From: Azolla caroliniana
Taxonomy: Eukaryota; Plantae; Polypodiophyta
Assembly: GCA_043228905.1 (NCBI GenBank)
Contig: JBHGNT010000022.1
Span: 8,370,001-8,434,000 of the forward strand
Direction: 5' to 3'
Length of the DNA stretch: 64,000 bases
The notes below the pieces were generated by a model. The model worked only from the letters and a program-made list of their open reading frames with translations, was not told the origin of the DNA and did not search any database. Positions 1 to 12,530 of this stretch are shown here, piece by piece. Each line of letters opens with the position of its first letter. Position 1 is the stretch's first letter. The translations under genes were made by a program, and so were the position numbers.

Positions 1-576
1 TTAATACGTATAAGACCTTTATGTACACCTACCTTTATTAAAAGGTAAGTCATGCATTTTTAGAATGCGTGAATACTTTATTTATAAGAAAAATGTACAC
101 CAATAAAAAATTACTCGTGCACATCTAGCGAGCATGAGCACTATATTTAGGAAATAAAAGCATAGTGTAAAAAGCAACTCATGCACATTTAGTGTGCATG
201 AGCACTTTAGAAAAAGCATGAAGTTATGCTTAGCCTCTTCCATCCTTATAAAAGGAGGAAAGAAAGATGTATGATGTTGTTGGTTATTTTACAAGGATTG
301 ATCAATCTAATATATTTGTGGGATTCACGAGTTTATCATAAAAATTCTCTTTCTTATAATCTAAATATTGATTAAATACACTAAACACGTGGGATTCATA
401 AGTTTTTATTTCTTACTTCTCTTTCTACCTATTCATAACTAGCCTTATATTGTATTATTCTTTCTCCTAGTCCAAAACCTCAGTGGTTCCCACCCGACTC
501 ACGCAACGATCCGGAGTCGAAAGGCATGACAACGTTGTAATAATCACTAGTATGTCATTATTCCCCTATGTATTAC

Positions 577-925
577 TATCACGGATAGATCATAAGCTCA
601 AGAGACTAGAAAGAATATAACCAAATGGATGAGTGGTATTAACTGAAAGACTCCATAACTGGTGTTGTTCACCTTGAATTCCTTCAAGGTGAAATCAACT
701 ATTTATACTACGTGGCATGCATACTTGTTGCACGCATCTGATATAATAGAGCATGTAGGTACGCATGTGTGTGCCAATTGTAAATAATACAAGGGAGAAA
801 CTATGCACATGATGCTAACTAAAAACTACAAGGAGCAATTATATACACGACTGTATACTAGATATGTTGGTTTACACATAACATTGGATCATAACATGGT
901 CATATCAAGAGTTCGAATCTTGACA
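577..925 (-). mobile_element. Solo LTR, chromovirus (Tcn1-like) family 1
   Basis: Ends TATCACGG...TGACA (TG decayed to TA), flanked by 5-bp TSD ATTAC (572-576 and 926-930). Shares the TATA/hairpin/TTGTTCACCT core with the LTRs at 8322 and 35627. Confidence 0.8.
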
Positions 926-954
926 ATTACAACATGTAAATGTATCATCTAGAA

Positions 955-1440
955 TTACAAAGTGGTCTCTTCTATTAGTCGAGTTTGATTTTGAAGTTAA
1001 GCTCGAGTCCACTATGCATGCAAAATTGGCGAATCTTCTCACTTATAGAGAGAGTCTTCATGAGCAGGATTTATCAAAGCTAAGAGATGCCCTTCCTGAA
1101 CCATATATAGAAGATGCTTTCACATTGTTCTTTGATGGTGCTTACCAAAAGGCAACAAATTTGGCGGTTGGAGGCTTTATATTAAGAAACTCTAATGGAG
1201 AGGTGGTACAAAATGAAGGGATTTCGCTTGCCAATGCCAATACCAACAATGAAACGGAATATGCAACCTTGTGTTTTGCCATGTGACTTTGTAAAGTAAG
1301 GGGGATCAAAAGATTAATCATCAAAGTGTATGGACAAGAGGCGTTATTTCCTATTGGACTACAAGTGTGAATTAATCGACTTATGCAAGCTTTGTGGCAT
1401 GATGGAGAAAGTGTTATGGAGTATCACTTTGTAAAATATT
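955..1440 (+). pseudogene. Heavily deleted Tat-like Ty3/gypsy pol remnant (RH tail, archaeal-type RNase HI, integrase scrap)
   Basis: Reads KWSLLLVEFDFEV, then FFDGA...GGFILRN...TNNETEY (RNase HI-like, ORF 1014-1286), then VYGQEALFP (integrase C-terminal motif). Stops and deletions are present. Confidence 0.65.
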
Positions 1441-1558
1441 TTGCACCATTAATTTGTTCTAAATGACTAGAGATACCTATTCCTAATAGTAACTTTATTC
1501 AAACCCCAATAATCTACGACTAGAAGAAGTGAACCATCTTTTTTCTTTTTTCATACAT

Positions 1559-1561
<3 letters not shown>

Positions 1562-1620
<59 letters not shown>
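1562..1620. repeat. (CT)n microsatellite
   Basis: Direct reading: about 24 CT units immediately 5' of the LINE. Confidence 0.95.
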
Positions 1621-1643
1621 TTCCCATAGGGTTTGTCCCTACA

Positions 1644-2513
1644 ATGGCAAATACACGTAAAACTGCCGCAAAGTTTGGAGGTATGATTGATAATGAGCCG
1701 AGATCACCAACAAATCTCGATTCTAATGTAATGGACAAAATGCTTATGAGTCACTTGATTTCTCTTCAAGAAACCATAAACAAGCAAGGTGAAGAGATTA
1801 GGACGTTAATGAAAGAGAATGCTAAGCTCCAAAGTGTTGTCATTGAGAATGAAAGTCTTAAACAAGTGGTTGCAAAACTTCAAGAAGAGATTCAAGAATG
1901 TAAAAGAGCTTCTTTTGAAACAAATGAGCGCCTTAACAAGATTGAGTTAAAGGAAGCATTAAAAGAAGAAAAATTAGACACAATAAGACGGGATGTAAGT
2001 GAGATGAAAAATGTATGTACAACGAAGTCATGGGCCGATGTATGTGGTGGGGATGTGCTATCAAACTCATCCAATATGCATGTGATGCATCAAGAGAAGA
2101 ATATAGAAAGCATAGATGTCCGAGAATTGAAAGAACGTGAATGACGATCAAAGAACACTGTCGTCCGTGGGATTAAAGAAGAGAGTATGGAAACACCCGC
2201 ATCCCTTGGAAAGGCCATTGGTGAATTTTTTAGCGTGCATTATGGGATGTCAGATGTGAATGTATATGGGGCACACTGAGTTGGGAAATATGGTGTTACT
2301 CGCTCCGGAGAAAGGCCTATTGTATGCACAATGACAGATGATACAAAGCGGCGGATCATACTCAAAAATAGTTGGGTATACCTCAAAGGTACACAATCCT
2401 TTGTGAGTGAAGATCGTACTATCTCACAACAAAATGCTCGCCGTAAAGCATATGAAGAAAGATTGAAAAATAAGGTTAAGGATGTGCCTAAAGATGGAAA
2501 TGTAGGCAAATAG
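1644..2513 (+). pseudogene. LINE ORF1 (coiled-coil followed by RRM-like region), two premature stops
   Basis: ORFs 1644-2144 and 2331-2513 are in one frame. Heptad-rich region, then SWADV, N.VVRGIKEE, RPIVC and VSEDRT motifs typical of LINE ORF1. Confidence 0.75.
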
Positions 2514-2519
2514 GGACAC

Positions 2520-5500
2520 GTGATCTATGAGACTAACCCACGCCTTTTACGACTATGCTTTTGGAATTGCAATGGATACCCATGGAATGCGGGATTTAGC
2601 ATAGAGGAGTTCACCGAGGACTCGGATATCACACTTCTTGTTGAAACATGGGAGCATGATACTCAAAGGATTCAAGGTTTAGGAAACTATAATGTACACT
2701 CTTTGATATGGAAGAAAAATCTAAGACAAAGAAGAGGACAAGGAGGGGTGGCATGTTTGATTAAGAAAGAAATAGATAAGTATGTGTCAATCATAAAAAA
2801 TGATGAAAATAAATGCTACATATGGCTCAAAATAGAAACACCTAATGATTTGCCCACTTTTGTAGTTGGATGTTACATTCCTCATCAAGATTCTAACTTT
2901 TATGCTTGTTTGGATAAAGATCAACCATTTGCCAATCTAGAAGATGATATTGCTTATTTCAAATCCAAAGGGGAAGTTATTGTCTTTGGTGACATGAATG
3001 CTTGTACAAGAAGTTTCCAACTTGATTCACAAGAATCTTTCATGCCACATATCTCAAGGATGCAAGAGGATATGCAAATGTATAGCCGCTCTTCTAGCGA
3101 TGAAAAAGATTCGGACCAATTTGGGAAGTTACTCCTACAAATGTGCAATAGTACCGGATTGCTTATTGCAAATGGTATTTCCTTATGGCCCAACACTAAT
3201 GGTTTTACATGTAGAAAACACAACGGAAATAGTGTGATTGACTATGTCCTACTTTCAGAAGGTATTTTGGATCATATACATAAATTCTCACTTGGTGAAT
3301 GGACACCGGAATTTGATCATAGGCCTTTATGTATTGATCTCAAATGTATACATAGGTTTGATTGTGAGAAGGCAATTGAAGATAATAAACAACCGCACTT
3401 GAGCATGAACCTTATGCGAGCACCCATGTATTCCAAGATGGTTGAGGATATGTTACAAATGACAAAGATACAACATGGTGCCACACTAGAATGCAAATGG
3501 GAAGCTTTCAAGAAAGTAATTCTCTCCTGTACAAACAAATGTTTTTCGTCCAACCACACATCTTGGAAATGCACCAAGAAACTTAGGAAAAAATGGTTTG
3601 ATAAAGAATGTCATGAAGCTCAAAAGTGCCTTATAGCTTTGGATGTAGTTAAGGATAAAGAGAATTACCAAAAGTCTTATTCAAAGAAAGAGAAGAATAT
3701 GGGAAGTTACTCAACAATTTATCCAAACGCAAGAGAAAGCACATGCATGTGCTAAATTTTGGGAAAATCTAAAGGGGAAACGTGTTGAGAGTTATGGTGA
3801 CTTAACTCTTCACGACTTGTCTATGCATTGTAAGAATTTATATGAGTTATCTCCTGCCGGAAAGATGATGTGTTACGGTTCTCTTTCACATATGTCTCCC
3901 TTCTTTACAATTGAAGATATATGCATAGGACTTAAGAAATTGGCCTCTCGAAAGGCAAGCGATCTTCAATGTATAAAGGCTTAAATGCTCAAATGGACAG
4001 GAAAGGAAGCACATATATGGATAAGCGATATGTTTAATGATGCATTGCAACATGGTATGCCGTATGATTGGACTACAAATTGGATCAAACCTTTACATAA
4101 AGGTGGAGATATAAATAATGTAAACAACTATCGAACCATCATGGTTGGCTCATTAATGGCAAAACTATTTGGATGTATAATGGAATCAAAGATAAGTGTA
4201 TGGGCTGAAAAAAGTGGTAAGAGAGCTTATGGACAAGCTGGCTTTCGGAAACACCATAGCACCATTGATCACCTTATCACCCTTCGAGTATTAAGAGGAA
4301 AGTCGCCTTAGAGGTAAAGGTTTATATTGTTGCTTTTTAGACTTCAAGAAAGCTTTTGATATTGTACCTCGCGAGCATCTTTGGAGGCGAATGGAAGAAC
4401 TTGAGGTGCCAAGTGAATATATGCTTGCAATTTCCCGAATTTATGAGAAGGTTATATGTTGTGTGCACATGAGAGATAAACTTTCAGATTTTTTCAAAAG
4501 CACTATTGGTGTTAAGCAAGGATGCCCACTCTCACCAACACTATTTGGTCTATGTATTGATGAATTGGAAGAAATGGTTACCAAGTTTGCAAAGGAAGAA
4601 TGTGTTGAAGAAGTTGCCATTGAGAATGTTGTGATTATGCTTTTGTTATATGCAGATGATGTAATGCTTTTTGCAAATACTTTAGGAGATGCACAAAAGC
4701 TTATGAAGACATTGGAAAAAATTTGCATGCATACTAAATTAAGTGTGAATAGCTCTAAAACAAAGATTATGCTTGTGAAGAGCCAAAAAAGAGATAAACC
4801 ATGCATTATGTACAACAATGAGCCACTTGAATGTGTGGAAAGCTTCAAATATCTTGGCCTTGAAGTTCATTCAAATCATAGATGGAATGAATGTGCTACA
4901 CGCCGCTTAGAGGCGGGTAAGCAAGCATACTATGCATTTGAGAACACATGCAATCTTGGAGATATTAAGTGTTGGGTCCTCAAGAAATATCTTTTCGACA
5001 CTTTTGTGACACCGGTTCTTCTCTATGGGGTGGAAGTATGGGGCAGTAGCATCCCTAAATCTATGTGGAAAGAGTTTGAAAATGTCCAAAAGCATTTTCT
5101 TACCAAGTTTCTACAAGTTAAGAAACAAACGTCCTACACCCTCCTCCTCCTTGAGACGGGATCGCTTCCCATTGAGATCATGGCCATGGAAAGGGTTGTT
5201 GAATACATGCTTAAGGTTCAAAAAAGTCCCTCATATCGACTTCCTAGAATTGCGTGGGAAGCAAGCAAAAAGATCCAAAAGACGCATAAAAGCAAAATTT
5301 TGTGTTCTGGTTGGATGCAAGATATAGAAAAATGGTTTGGTAGATGGGATGCGAGACACTTGTTTCATGATGCATCATTAGATTCCTCTGTAAATGAGGC
5401 ATTTTTGCAACGCCAATGTATCATGACATGGGACAAATGTGGAGGCTCACGCTTCACACATTATACCACACATGTTGCACCTAACTACAAAACCATATTC

Positions 5501-5872
5501 TTTGCGGAACGGGGAAATCGTACACATCCATACATGTTAGAGCCCATACCGTTATCTACCATTCGAACCATTGCTTCCATGCGACTTAGCTCACATGCAT
5601 TGCGATGTGAAATAGGGCGTTGGGGCACAAGTGATGAGAGTGGTCGGCTATGCACACTTTGCCCGAAACAAGTTCGTGAGTCTGAGTATCACACTTTGAT
5701 ACAATGCTCTACCTTTGATCATATTCGACCATGCTTTCCACATCTCTTCGATCGAGCCCAATCTTTGCATGAATTCCTCTCACAACCACAATGTGCACTC
5801 TCGATTGCAACATTCATTGGTAAAGCTCTTGAACATCGAGAGTCACTACTCACTTTCACACGTATCACGTGA
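2520..5872 (+). pseudogene. LINE ORF2 (AP endonuclease, reverse transcriptase, zinc knuckle), frameshifted
   Basis: WNCNG, LVETW, GDMNA, SVIDY, DHRP (APE); NNYRTI, QAGFR, GVKQGCPLSP, LLYADD, FKYLG (RT); CTLC...ESEYHTLIQC. Split across ORFs 2520-3755, 3985-4311 and 4391-5872. Confidence 0.9.
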
Positions 5873-5927
5873 AATGTAATATTTTTGGTCTCATATGTCA
5901 TATTTGACCTTCAAAGACGATAATATA

Positions 5928-5969
<42 letters not shown>

Positions 5970-6325
5970 GTGTGTGTCTTGTGATTCTGTCACATTCTCT
6001 CTCTCCTCTTTGTCTTGAAATCCCGACAGTTTGAATCGAATTGGTTGTGAATAGTACAATATGCCATTATTTGTAGGGCCTTCAAGAGTATTCTTGGGGT
6101 TTCTAGAAAGTTCAAGAGTAATCCTAATTTTTCTGGATTATTCCGAAAAGTTCTAGAACCTAGATGAAATAAAATAAAAATAATATATTATGTATTATAA
6201 ATTATAATAGTTACCTGATGGTAAGGCCCCGACTTGTGTACCATAAGGTCAGGAGTACAAATCCTATTTGAGGCCATATCATGACACGAATAGATTTTCA
6301 TAATTAGAAACCATATAAAACCTAA

Positions 6326-6757
6326 TGTTGAGAATCTATAAGAACTAAGAATCAGGCTCAACCTAGTCTCGTGTGTGAACACACTTTTTGAGAATCTATA
6401 AGAACTCAAAGGTCAAAGGTCACCGCTACTTTCTATGACACATTCCCCAAGGTTCCATATTCCCCATAACTAACGAGTGTCCACATTCCCCAAGGTTCTA
6501 GAGGGAGGGTGAGAGAATGTAGAGGGAGGGTGACCATATATAAAGCAACCTCCTCCTACTTTGTAATGTGTCGGTTAATCTCCCTTATAATGCTATTACC
6601 TTTGTATTTGCCATTCTCTACTCCTTGTCAATATAAATTCAATATAAATCTTGAGTATTCTATTTTCCTATCTATCGTGTGTCTCTCATCTTTCACACAC
6701 ACATAACACACGTCTCTAATCTATTCCGCTACATAGAATCACACTCGATTCTTTACA
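6326..6757 (+). repeat. 5' LTR of copia A
   Basis: TGTTGAGAAT...CTTTACA followed by the PBS; homologous to 38586-39011. Confidence 0.8.
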
Positions 6758-6915
6758 TGGTATCAAAGTGCTTTGGCAGCTCGATCTAGCCTATTTGCAT
6801 GTGTTGTGTCCTACGTCGACGTTCACGAAGAACCGCCTCATCACTAACGTAGTGCCATTACATAGCTCGTGCTTGAGAGAGAAGAAAAAGAAGAAGGAAT
6901 ACTTCATTTACCATC

Positions 6916-8316
6916 ATGAATACTCAAATGGGTAGCTCTCTCCCTAGCGAGAAGTTGAACCGAAACAACCAATACCTTGTTGGACAAGGCTATTGGGGCT
7001 ACATTCAAGGAGCACAAGAAAACAAACCCGGCCCAAAGGACGCCGACTACTCAACATGGGAGCAAGCGGCAAGCCGAGCGATGTATTGTTTGGCAACATG
7101 TGTCCATGACCACATGCTTGGCTATATTCGGGAATCCAAGACTCCGAAAGAAGCTTTGGAGAATCTCAAGAAGATATTTGCTGCCAATACGATGGCACGA
7201 AAGCTTCAACTCTGCCAAGAGTTGAACAATATCCAACAAAGGGATATGTCCATTATAAGCTACACCTTGAAGATCAAGGAGCTTTGTGACTCGCGCGGCT
7301 CAATAAGCATCAACGTGGAGGATGATGAGATGGTGCAAATATGCCTAGGTGGCCTCGCAGCACGGTTCGACGTGATGAGAACTATCGTCCTAACAAGGGA
7401 GAATCCTCCCTCTTTCTTCGATCTTCAACCAATGATGTTGGTTGAAGAAAACCGTGTTCAAACAAGGAGCAAAACATCGGAAGGCCACATGCTCCACACA
7501 CACTCAGATGGAGGAAGAGGACGTGGTCGTGCAAGAAGAGGCTGATTCGGCCAAGGACGGGACGGACGAGGTCCGACCTATGAAAATAACTCCCAATTTC
7601 GACAAGAAAATAGAAACAATTGAGGAACATTCGGAAGAAGGAGGAGCTTCCATGTCGTACCAAGCGGACAAAACTCAATCGAATGTGGATATTGCCGCAA
7701 AATCGGCCACCACAAAGAAGAGTGCCAAAAGAAGAAGCGTGAGTCAGCTTTCACAAGCCGACAACTCACCAATTACGCCACAAACTCTGACTATGACGAC
7801 CATGGCGGAATGTTTGTGATGAGACATAGAGCAAATTCAATGTCGGCCTCTACTTCAACGAGTGCCTCTAACTCTCGTCGAATTCGGAAGGAATTTTCCG
7901 AATTCGACGAGAGTTCTCCTGTCAACATACATCCCAACAAAATGGAGTAGCCAAACGCAAGAATCGGCACATATTAGAGGCAACCAGGGTGATGATGAAC
8001 GAAAAGAACCTGTGAAAGTCATATTGGGAAGAAGCCGCCTACCTCATGAACAGGTGTACAACCTCCGGGGTGCACGAATTAACGCCCCATGAAAAGTACT
8101 ATGGAAAGAAGTCGGATCTATCCCATGTAAGGATATTCGGGTCAATTGCATATGTGCCCATTCCCGACGAAAGCGGCAAAAGCTAGATCCCAAGTCAGAG
8201 AAATGTATCCTCGTAGGATACTCACTTGAGCAAAAGGGGTACAAATGCTTCAACCCCTCCACTTGGAAGGTTCGTATAAGTCGGGACGTAGTCTTTGACG
8301 AATTGACATCATGCTA
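6916..8316 (+). pseudogene. Copia A gag and partial integrase (protease and N-terminal integrase deleted)
   Basis: UBN2-type gag (GSSLPSEKLNR...LENLKKIFAA), RGG tract, CxxC zinc knuckle at about 7684. Then an abrupt jump to integrase (RQKLDPKSEKCILVGY, VRISRDVVFDE). Confidence 0.8.
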
Positions 8317-8495
8317 CGAACTATCACGGACAAGTACAATAGAGCATAGCGAAGACAGAACTAGAAAACAAGAGAGAGGAAAAGAACAAGAACTCAACTT
8401 ATAGAATCTGTAACTAGTGTTGTTCACCTTGATTAGAATCAAGGTGCACTAGAGTATTTATACAAGAAGGTAGGGCTATGTAAGCCAGCTAGAAA

Positions 8496-8963
8496 TGTTG
8501 TAGGTTTTAGGGTTAGGGTTAATGGTAATGATGATTGGTGATGGAGATGGTGTGTTTGATGAGGATGATGAGCGTTATGGGATTGATGGTGAGAGAGACG
8601 ACAAGCATTGAGGGGTGGGGGTTGGTGCCTAGAATGGCTCCACCCCCCTCCCAAGGGGGTTCAACATTAAGGGGGAGAGAGAGAGAGAGAAAGATGTCAA
8701 AGAGAGAGAGAGAGAGAAAATGATCATTGTATTCATTCATACCCCATAAGGGGTTAAATAGTTACAAAAGGGTAGATACACAAGGGTGCAAGCCCCTTGG
8801 GCATTCACACCTAGTCACTCACTCACACCTCTTTGTATCCACCACATTCACACTTACATTCACACTCATAATCTTATAACATTACACATACATATCAACA
8901 CATTACATCTTTCACCCTTACTTATCACACTTATTAATCACCTGTACATCTCGTACGGTAACA
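8496..8963. mobile_element. Solo LTR of an unidentified family
   Basis: TGTTG...TAACA termini with 5-bp TSD AGAAA (8491-8495 and 8964-8968). The segment is absent from the partner LTR at 35627-35996. Confidence 0.85.
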
Positions 8964-9106
8964 AGAAATAGAGAATGCATGAGGATGCATGCAATAGAGA
9001 ATGCATGAGAATGTGTGCAAGCTAGAAATGAGGATGCATGCAAGGTAGGAACTTCCAATGTTCAATCTACACTACATGAAGTTGGATTTAATACAAGGAT
9101 GCAAAT

Positions 9107-9243
9107 GTAGCTCAATTAGTAGTAAGGTTACCCAATAGGTATCATGAGGTCTTGGGTTCAATTCCTACTTTCCTCCGTAGTTCAATTGGTAGGGTTGCCC
9201 AATAGAGACCATGAGGTCTTGGGTTCAATTCCTACCTTCCTCC
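9107..9243 (+). promoter_or_regulatory. Tandem pair of tRNA-like (Pol III A-box/B-box) units inside LTR U3, antisense to the element
   Basis: Two ~68-70 bp units: GTAG(C/T)TCAATT(A/G)GTAG ... GAGGTCTTGGGTTCAATTCC, matching the tRNA D-arm and T-arm consensus. No acceptor stem, so not a functional tRNA. Confidence 0.6.
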
Positions 9244-9304
9244 GTGGCATATGTCCATGACATTACCATCCTTCTAAGGCCGTCTCCTAACACCCATGGC
9301 CGGT

Positions 9305-11824
9305 TTATGAGGGTATCGTTGATGAAAAGCGAGAATTGCCTCCAACGCATTTTGTAAATGTGTAACTAGTTCCCATGCGGCGTCGCGGCGTCTGAAAGAG
9401 GGTAACCTTTCCATAAGACCAAGTATTGAAGTCTTCATCGCTGCAAGCGGGAGTCGAGGATAGGGTCAACCTCGTACTCCTCACTTGTCGATAATTCCAC
9501 GGGCGGCAGCGGCGGAGGTTGTCGTCCCGAAATGCGAGAAGGATGATAGAATTCGAGGAGAGAGACATGGAAAACATTGTGACGCCGAAATGTGGGGGGA
9601 AGCGCTAGCTGGAAGGCGATTAGGTTAATGCGCTCGAGGATACATAAGGGGCCTAGCTTTTTGTAGTCGAGCTTCGCGCAGGGACGGGTGGTTGCGATGT
9701 GGCCACATAGCAGCCAAACCATGTCACTAACTACGAAGTTCGGTGCAACCAAGCGATGTCGGTTAGCGTGAGCTTTATACTGTTTGCTAGCGGCACAGAA
9801 CTCAAGGGAGAGGTCACGATGGACATCTTGTAAGGTGTGGCATGCCTCTCGGTTGACGGATTGAAGAAAATCTCCGGCATGGAAATGTTGAAACGAGGGT
9901 GGAAACTGTAGTTTGCAAAGGATCGGGAAACCTTAGTTGAGGCATGGACACTATTATTGTAGGCAAATTCCGCCATGGCAAGGAAGTCCACTCAATCGTC
10001 TTGTTGGTATTTGGATGTATACCAGAGGTATTGTTTGAGGATTTGGTTGACTCTTTCGGTTTGACCATCAGTTTGAGGGTGGTGCGCGGTTGACAAGTTC
10101 ATAGAAGTCTCGAATGTCTGTAGAAGTTGGCACCAGACGTGGGAGATAAATTGAGGACCTTGATCAGAAGTGACCTCCTCAAGGAAGTCACTGTCTCCTC
10201 CCCCGAAATGGTTTTCGAACATGGGACAAAGTGAGCCATCTTCGAAAACTGATTGACAACCACTAGCACTCTGTCATGGTCACCGACCTGGGGAAGGTCG
10301 GTGATAAAGTCCATGGACATTGGAGAGAGATGCCCAAGGTCGAGTAGGAATTAGAAGTGGGATAGAAGGCCATATGGACGATGGTGTTTGGAGCCAGCAC
10401 AGATGTCACAAGTTTTGATCAAATCTATGACCAATCTCCAAGGTTGGGGCCACCAAAACCCCTGAGACAGCAACACCAACGTTTTCATGACCCCAAAGTG
10501 TCTGACAAGAGGATCATCGTTGCAAGTTTGTAGTAATAGGATGCGACATGTATAGGAGGTGATTACGATAGAGTAGCCCAATCCTGAAATGTAAAGTGAG
10601 TGAGATCCGAGCTTTGCATTTCCTGGGATGGGTTGTTGAGGCGTGCCATGATGCCAGTAGCGAAAGGGTCTGACGTGGTTGCTTGGGCGATCTCGTTGAG
10701 CAAGGAATCATCATGCAACATATAGGTTGTGAAATGTGGAGTTGATCGAGCCGCAATAAACAATGTGATTGCTAAGAATATGTGTCGTCACCTCGGTGTA
10801 GTGCAAAGTCGAGTCATCGAGAGAGAGCATCCGCCTTCCGATGTTGAACTCCGGGTCGAAACAAGATTTCAAAGTCGTAATTGGCGAGAAAAGATGACCA
10901 ACGAGCCTGCCGCCGATTCAACGTACAAGTGGTGATGAAGTAGATGATATTGTTGTGGTCGGTCAGCACCTAAATACGATGTTGGGCCCCAACCAGATAG
11001 GGCCGCCATTCGGCGAAGGCTGAGATGGTAGCTGCAAGCTCCTTGTTGTAGCCTGGATAATTGATTTCCAGGGTTGTAAACTTCCGACAGTAGAAGGCGA
11101 CCGCATGCAGGGTGACGTCGTCGTCGGGTTGAGACAGGAACGCACCTATGGCAAAGTCGGAGGTGTCGGTTTCAACCTGGAAAGGGCGGGCGGTGTCGGG
11201 GTGGACTAACACGAGGGCAGGGTCGGGGTGGACTAACAAGCTGCTTTGAGGGCATTAAAAGCATTGTGTGTCGCGGGGGTCCAAACAAATGGAGTATCTT
11301 TCCGAGTAAGTTGGATGAGAGGTTGGACTAGGGAAGAGAACCCGTCTATAAATCGTCTATAAAAATTTACAAAACCAAGAAACGATTGTACCTTTTTCAG
11401 CCGAGTCGGGAGAGGCCAATAAATGATTGTCGCTACCTTGCGTTCATCCATTGTGATCCCAATAGGTAAGATCATGTAACCCAAGAATTCGATAGAGGTC
11501 CGATCAAATTCACATTTCTCACTTTTGGCAAAGATCCCATATTCTCGGAGTTTGGTGAGAACCAGCCAAACGTGGTGTGTGTGCTCCTCCTAGTTGGAAG
11601 AAAAAGCTAGGATGATGTCAAGGTAGATTACCACAAAATGATCGAGATACTCTCGAAAAATATCATTCATCATGTGTTGGAAGACGGTTGAAGCATTGGT
11701 AAGGCCGAATAGCATCACTTTGTACTCGAAATGTCCATAGTGCGTCCGAAAAGCCGTTTCCACTAGTCCCCAGCCTTGATGCGCACCAACATGTAGGCGG
11801 CCCAAAGGTCGATTTTGGAGAAGA
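9305..11824 (-). pseudogene. Chromovirus B pol, 3' part (RT C-half, RNase H, integrase, chromodomain)
   Basis: FSKIDL..AY, KTAFRT.YGHFEY, ETDTSDFAIGA, SMDFITDLP, HPQTDGQTERVNQ, HNVFHVSLL, EEYEVDPILDSR..YLVLWKGYP (chromodomain). Many stops and frameshifts. Confidence 0.9.
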
Positions 11825-12500
11825 TGTTAGGAAACAGGTTCCTCCGGATGGGAAGTAAACCGGATGAGGAGTACCCGGCAACAGAAGACCCGGTGAGAAC
11901 CGGATGACGAGTACCCGGCTACAGAAGACCCGGTGAGAACCGGATGAGGAGTAACCGGCTACGGAAGACCCGGTGAGAACTGGATGAGGAGTACCCGGCA
12001 AGAGCCGGATAGTGAAGGCCCGGTGAGAAGTGCTCACCGGATGAAGGGACATATTCATAAATATGTTTCCTGAGAGTCCATCGGGGCTATATTTGTAAAT
12101 AGCCGAAAACTCGTATTAGTATAAATATGACTTAGGGCAAACTTAGTATGTGTAGTTGTCATTCTTGTTGGCACAAGATTAGAGCGCAACAGTGTACAGA
12201 GAGAGAGAGAGAGAGAGAAAGAGACGAAGAGTTTGTATCTCTGTTGTAACCGCCGCCTGTGGCCAAGACAGTGAACAAGAGGTCGTTGCCTCTGTATTCA
12301 TCTTTTGTATATTGTTACATAGTGATAGTTAGCAGTCAGTGGACTACCGTGGTTTTTCCCGTGTTTGGGTTTTCCACGTAAACATCCTGTGTACTCTTCT
12401 CTCCATTGTGTCGTGCATTCATTACCCATTTTTTCTCTATGTTTGATTCTAAGCTCGATTCTGGCCAAGCGTTGTTCATAGGAGAGTGTAGTTCCTGTCA
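11825..12500 (+). repeat. LTR 1 of copia D, with a 40-bp CCGG-rich tandem repeat in U3
   Basis: TGTTAGG...TGTCA. Repeat units start at 11860, 11900, 11940 and 11980 (the last is partial). Confidence 0.9.
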
Positions 12501-12530
12501 AAGTGGTATCAGAGCGAAACGACACAGAAA

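Larger units (their letters stand above)
1621..5967 (+). mobile_element. Near full-length non-L1 LINE (RTE-X-like), family 1, decayed
   Basis: ORF1 plus ORF2 (APE, RT, C-terminal CxxC..H..C) and a 3' (ATCT)n tail at about 5928-5967. The 5' boundary is approximate. Confidence 0.85.
8322..9262 (-). repeat. 3' LTR of chromovirus B, interrupted by a solo LTR
   Basis: Homologous to 35627-35996. Purine tract AGAAGGATGGTAA precedes it on the minus strand. Confidence 0.85.

Noticed and set aside
1-540. Possible LTR remnant of the Tat-like element (TATAAAAGG at about 247, hairpin GACTC...GAGTC at about 495-517)
   Set aside because: No partner LTR, PBS or TSD in the window, so boundaries cannot be set.
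1014-1286. Cellular or bacterial RNase HI gene, or horizontal transfer
   Set aside because: It is flanked by gypsy RH-tail and integrase scraps, so it is better explained as the aRH domain of a Tat-like retrotransposon.
9107-9243. Functional tRNA genes
   Set aside because: A and B boxes are present, but there is no convincing acceptor or anticodon stem. Reported as tRNA-like LTR modules instead.
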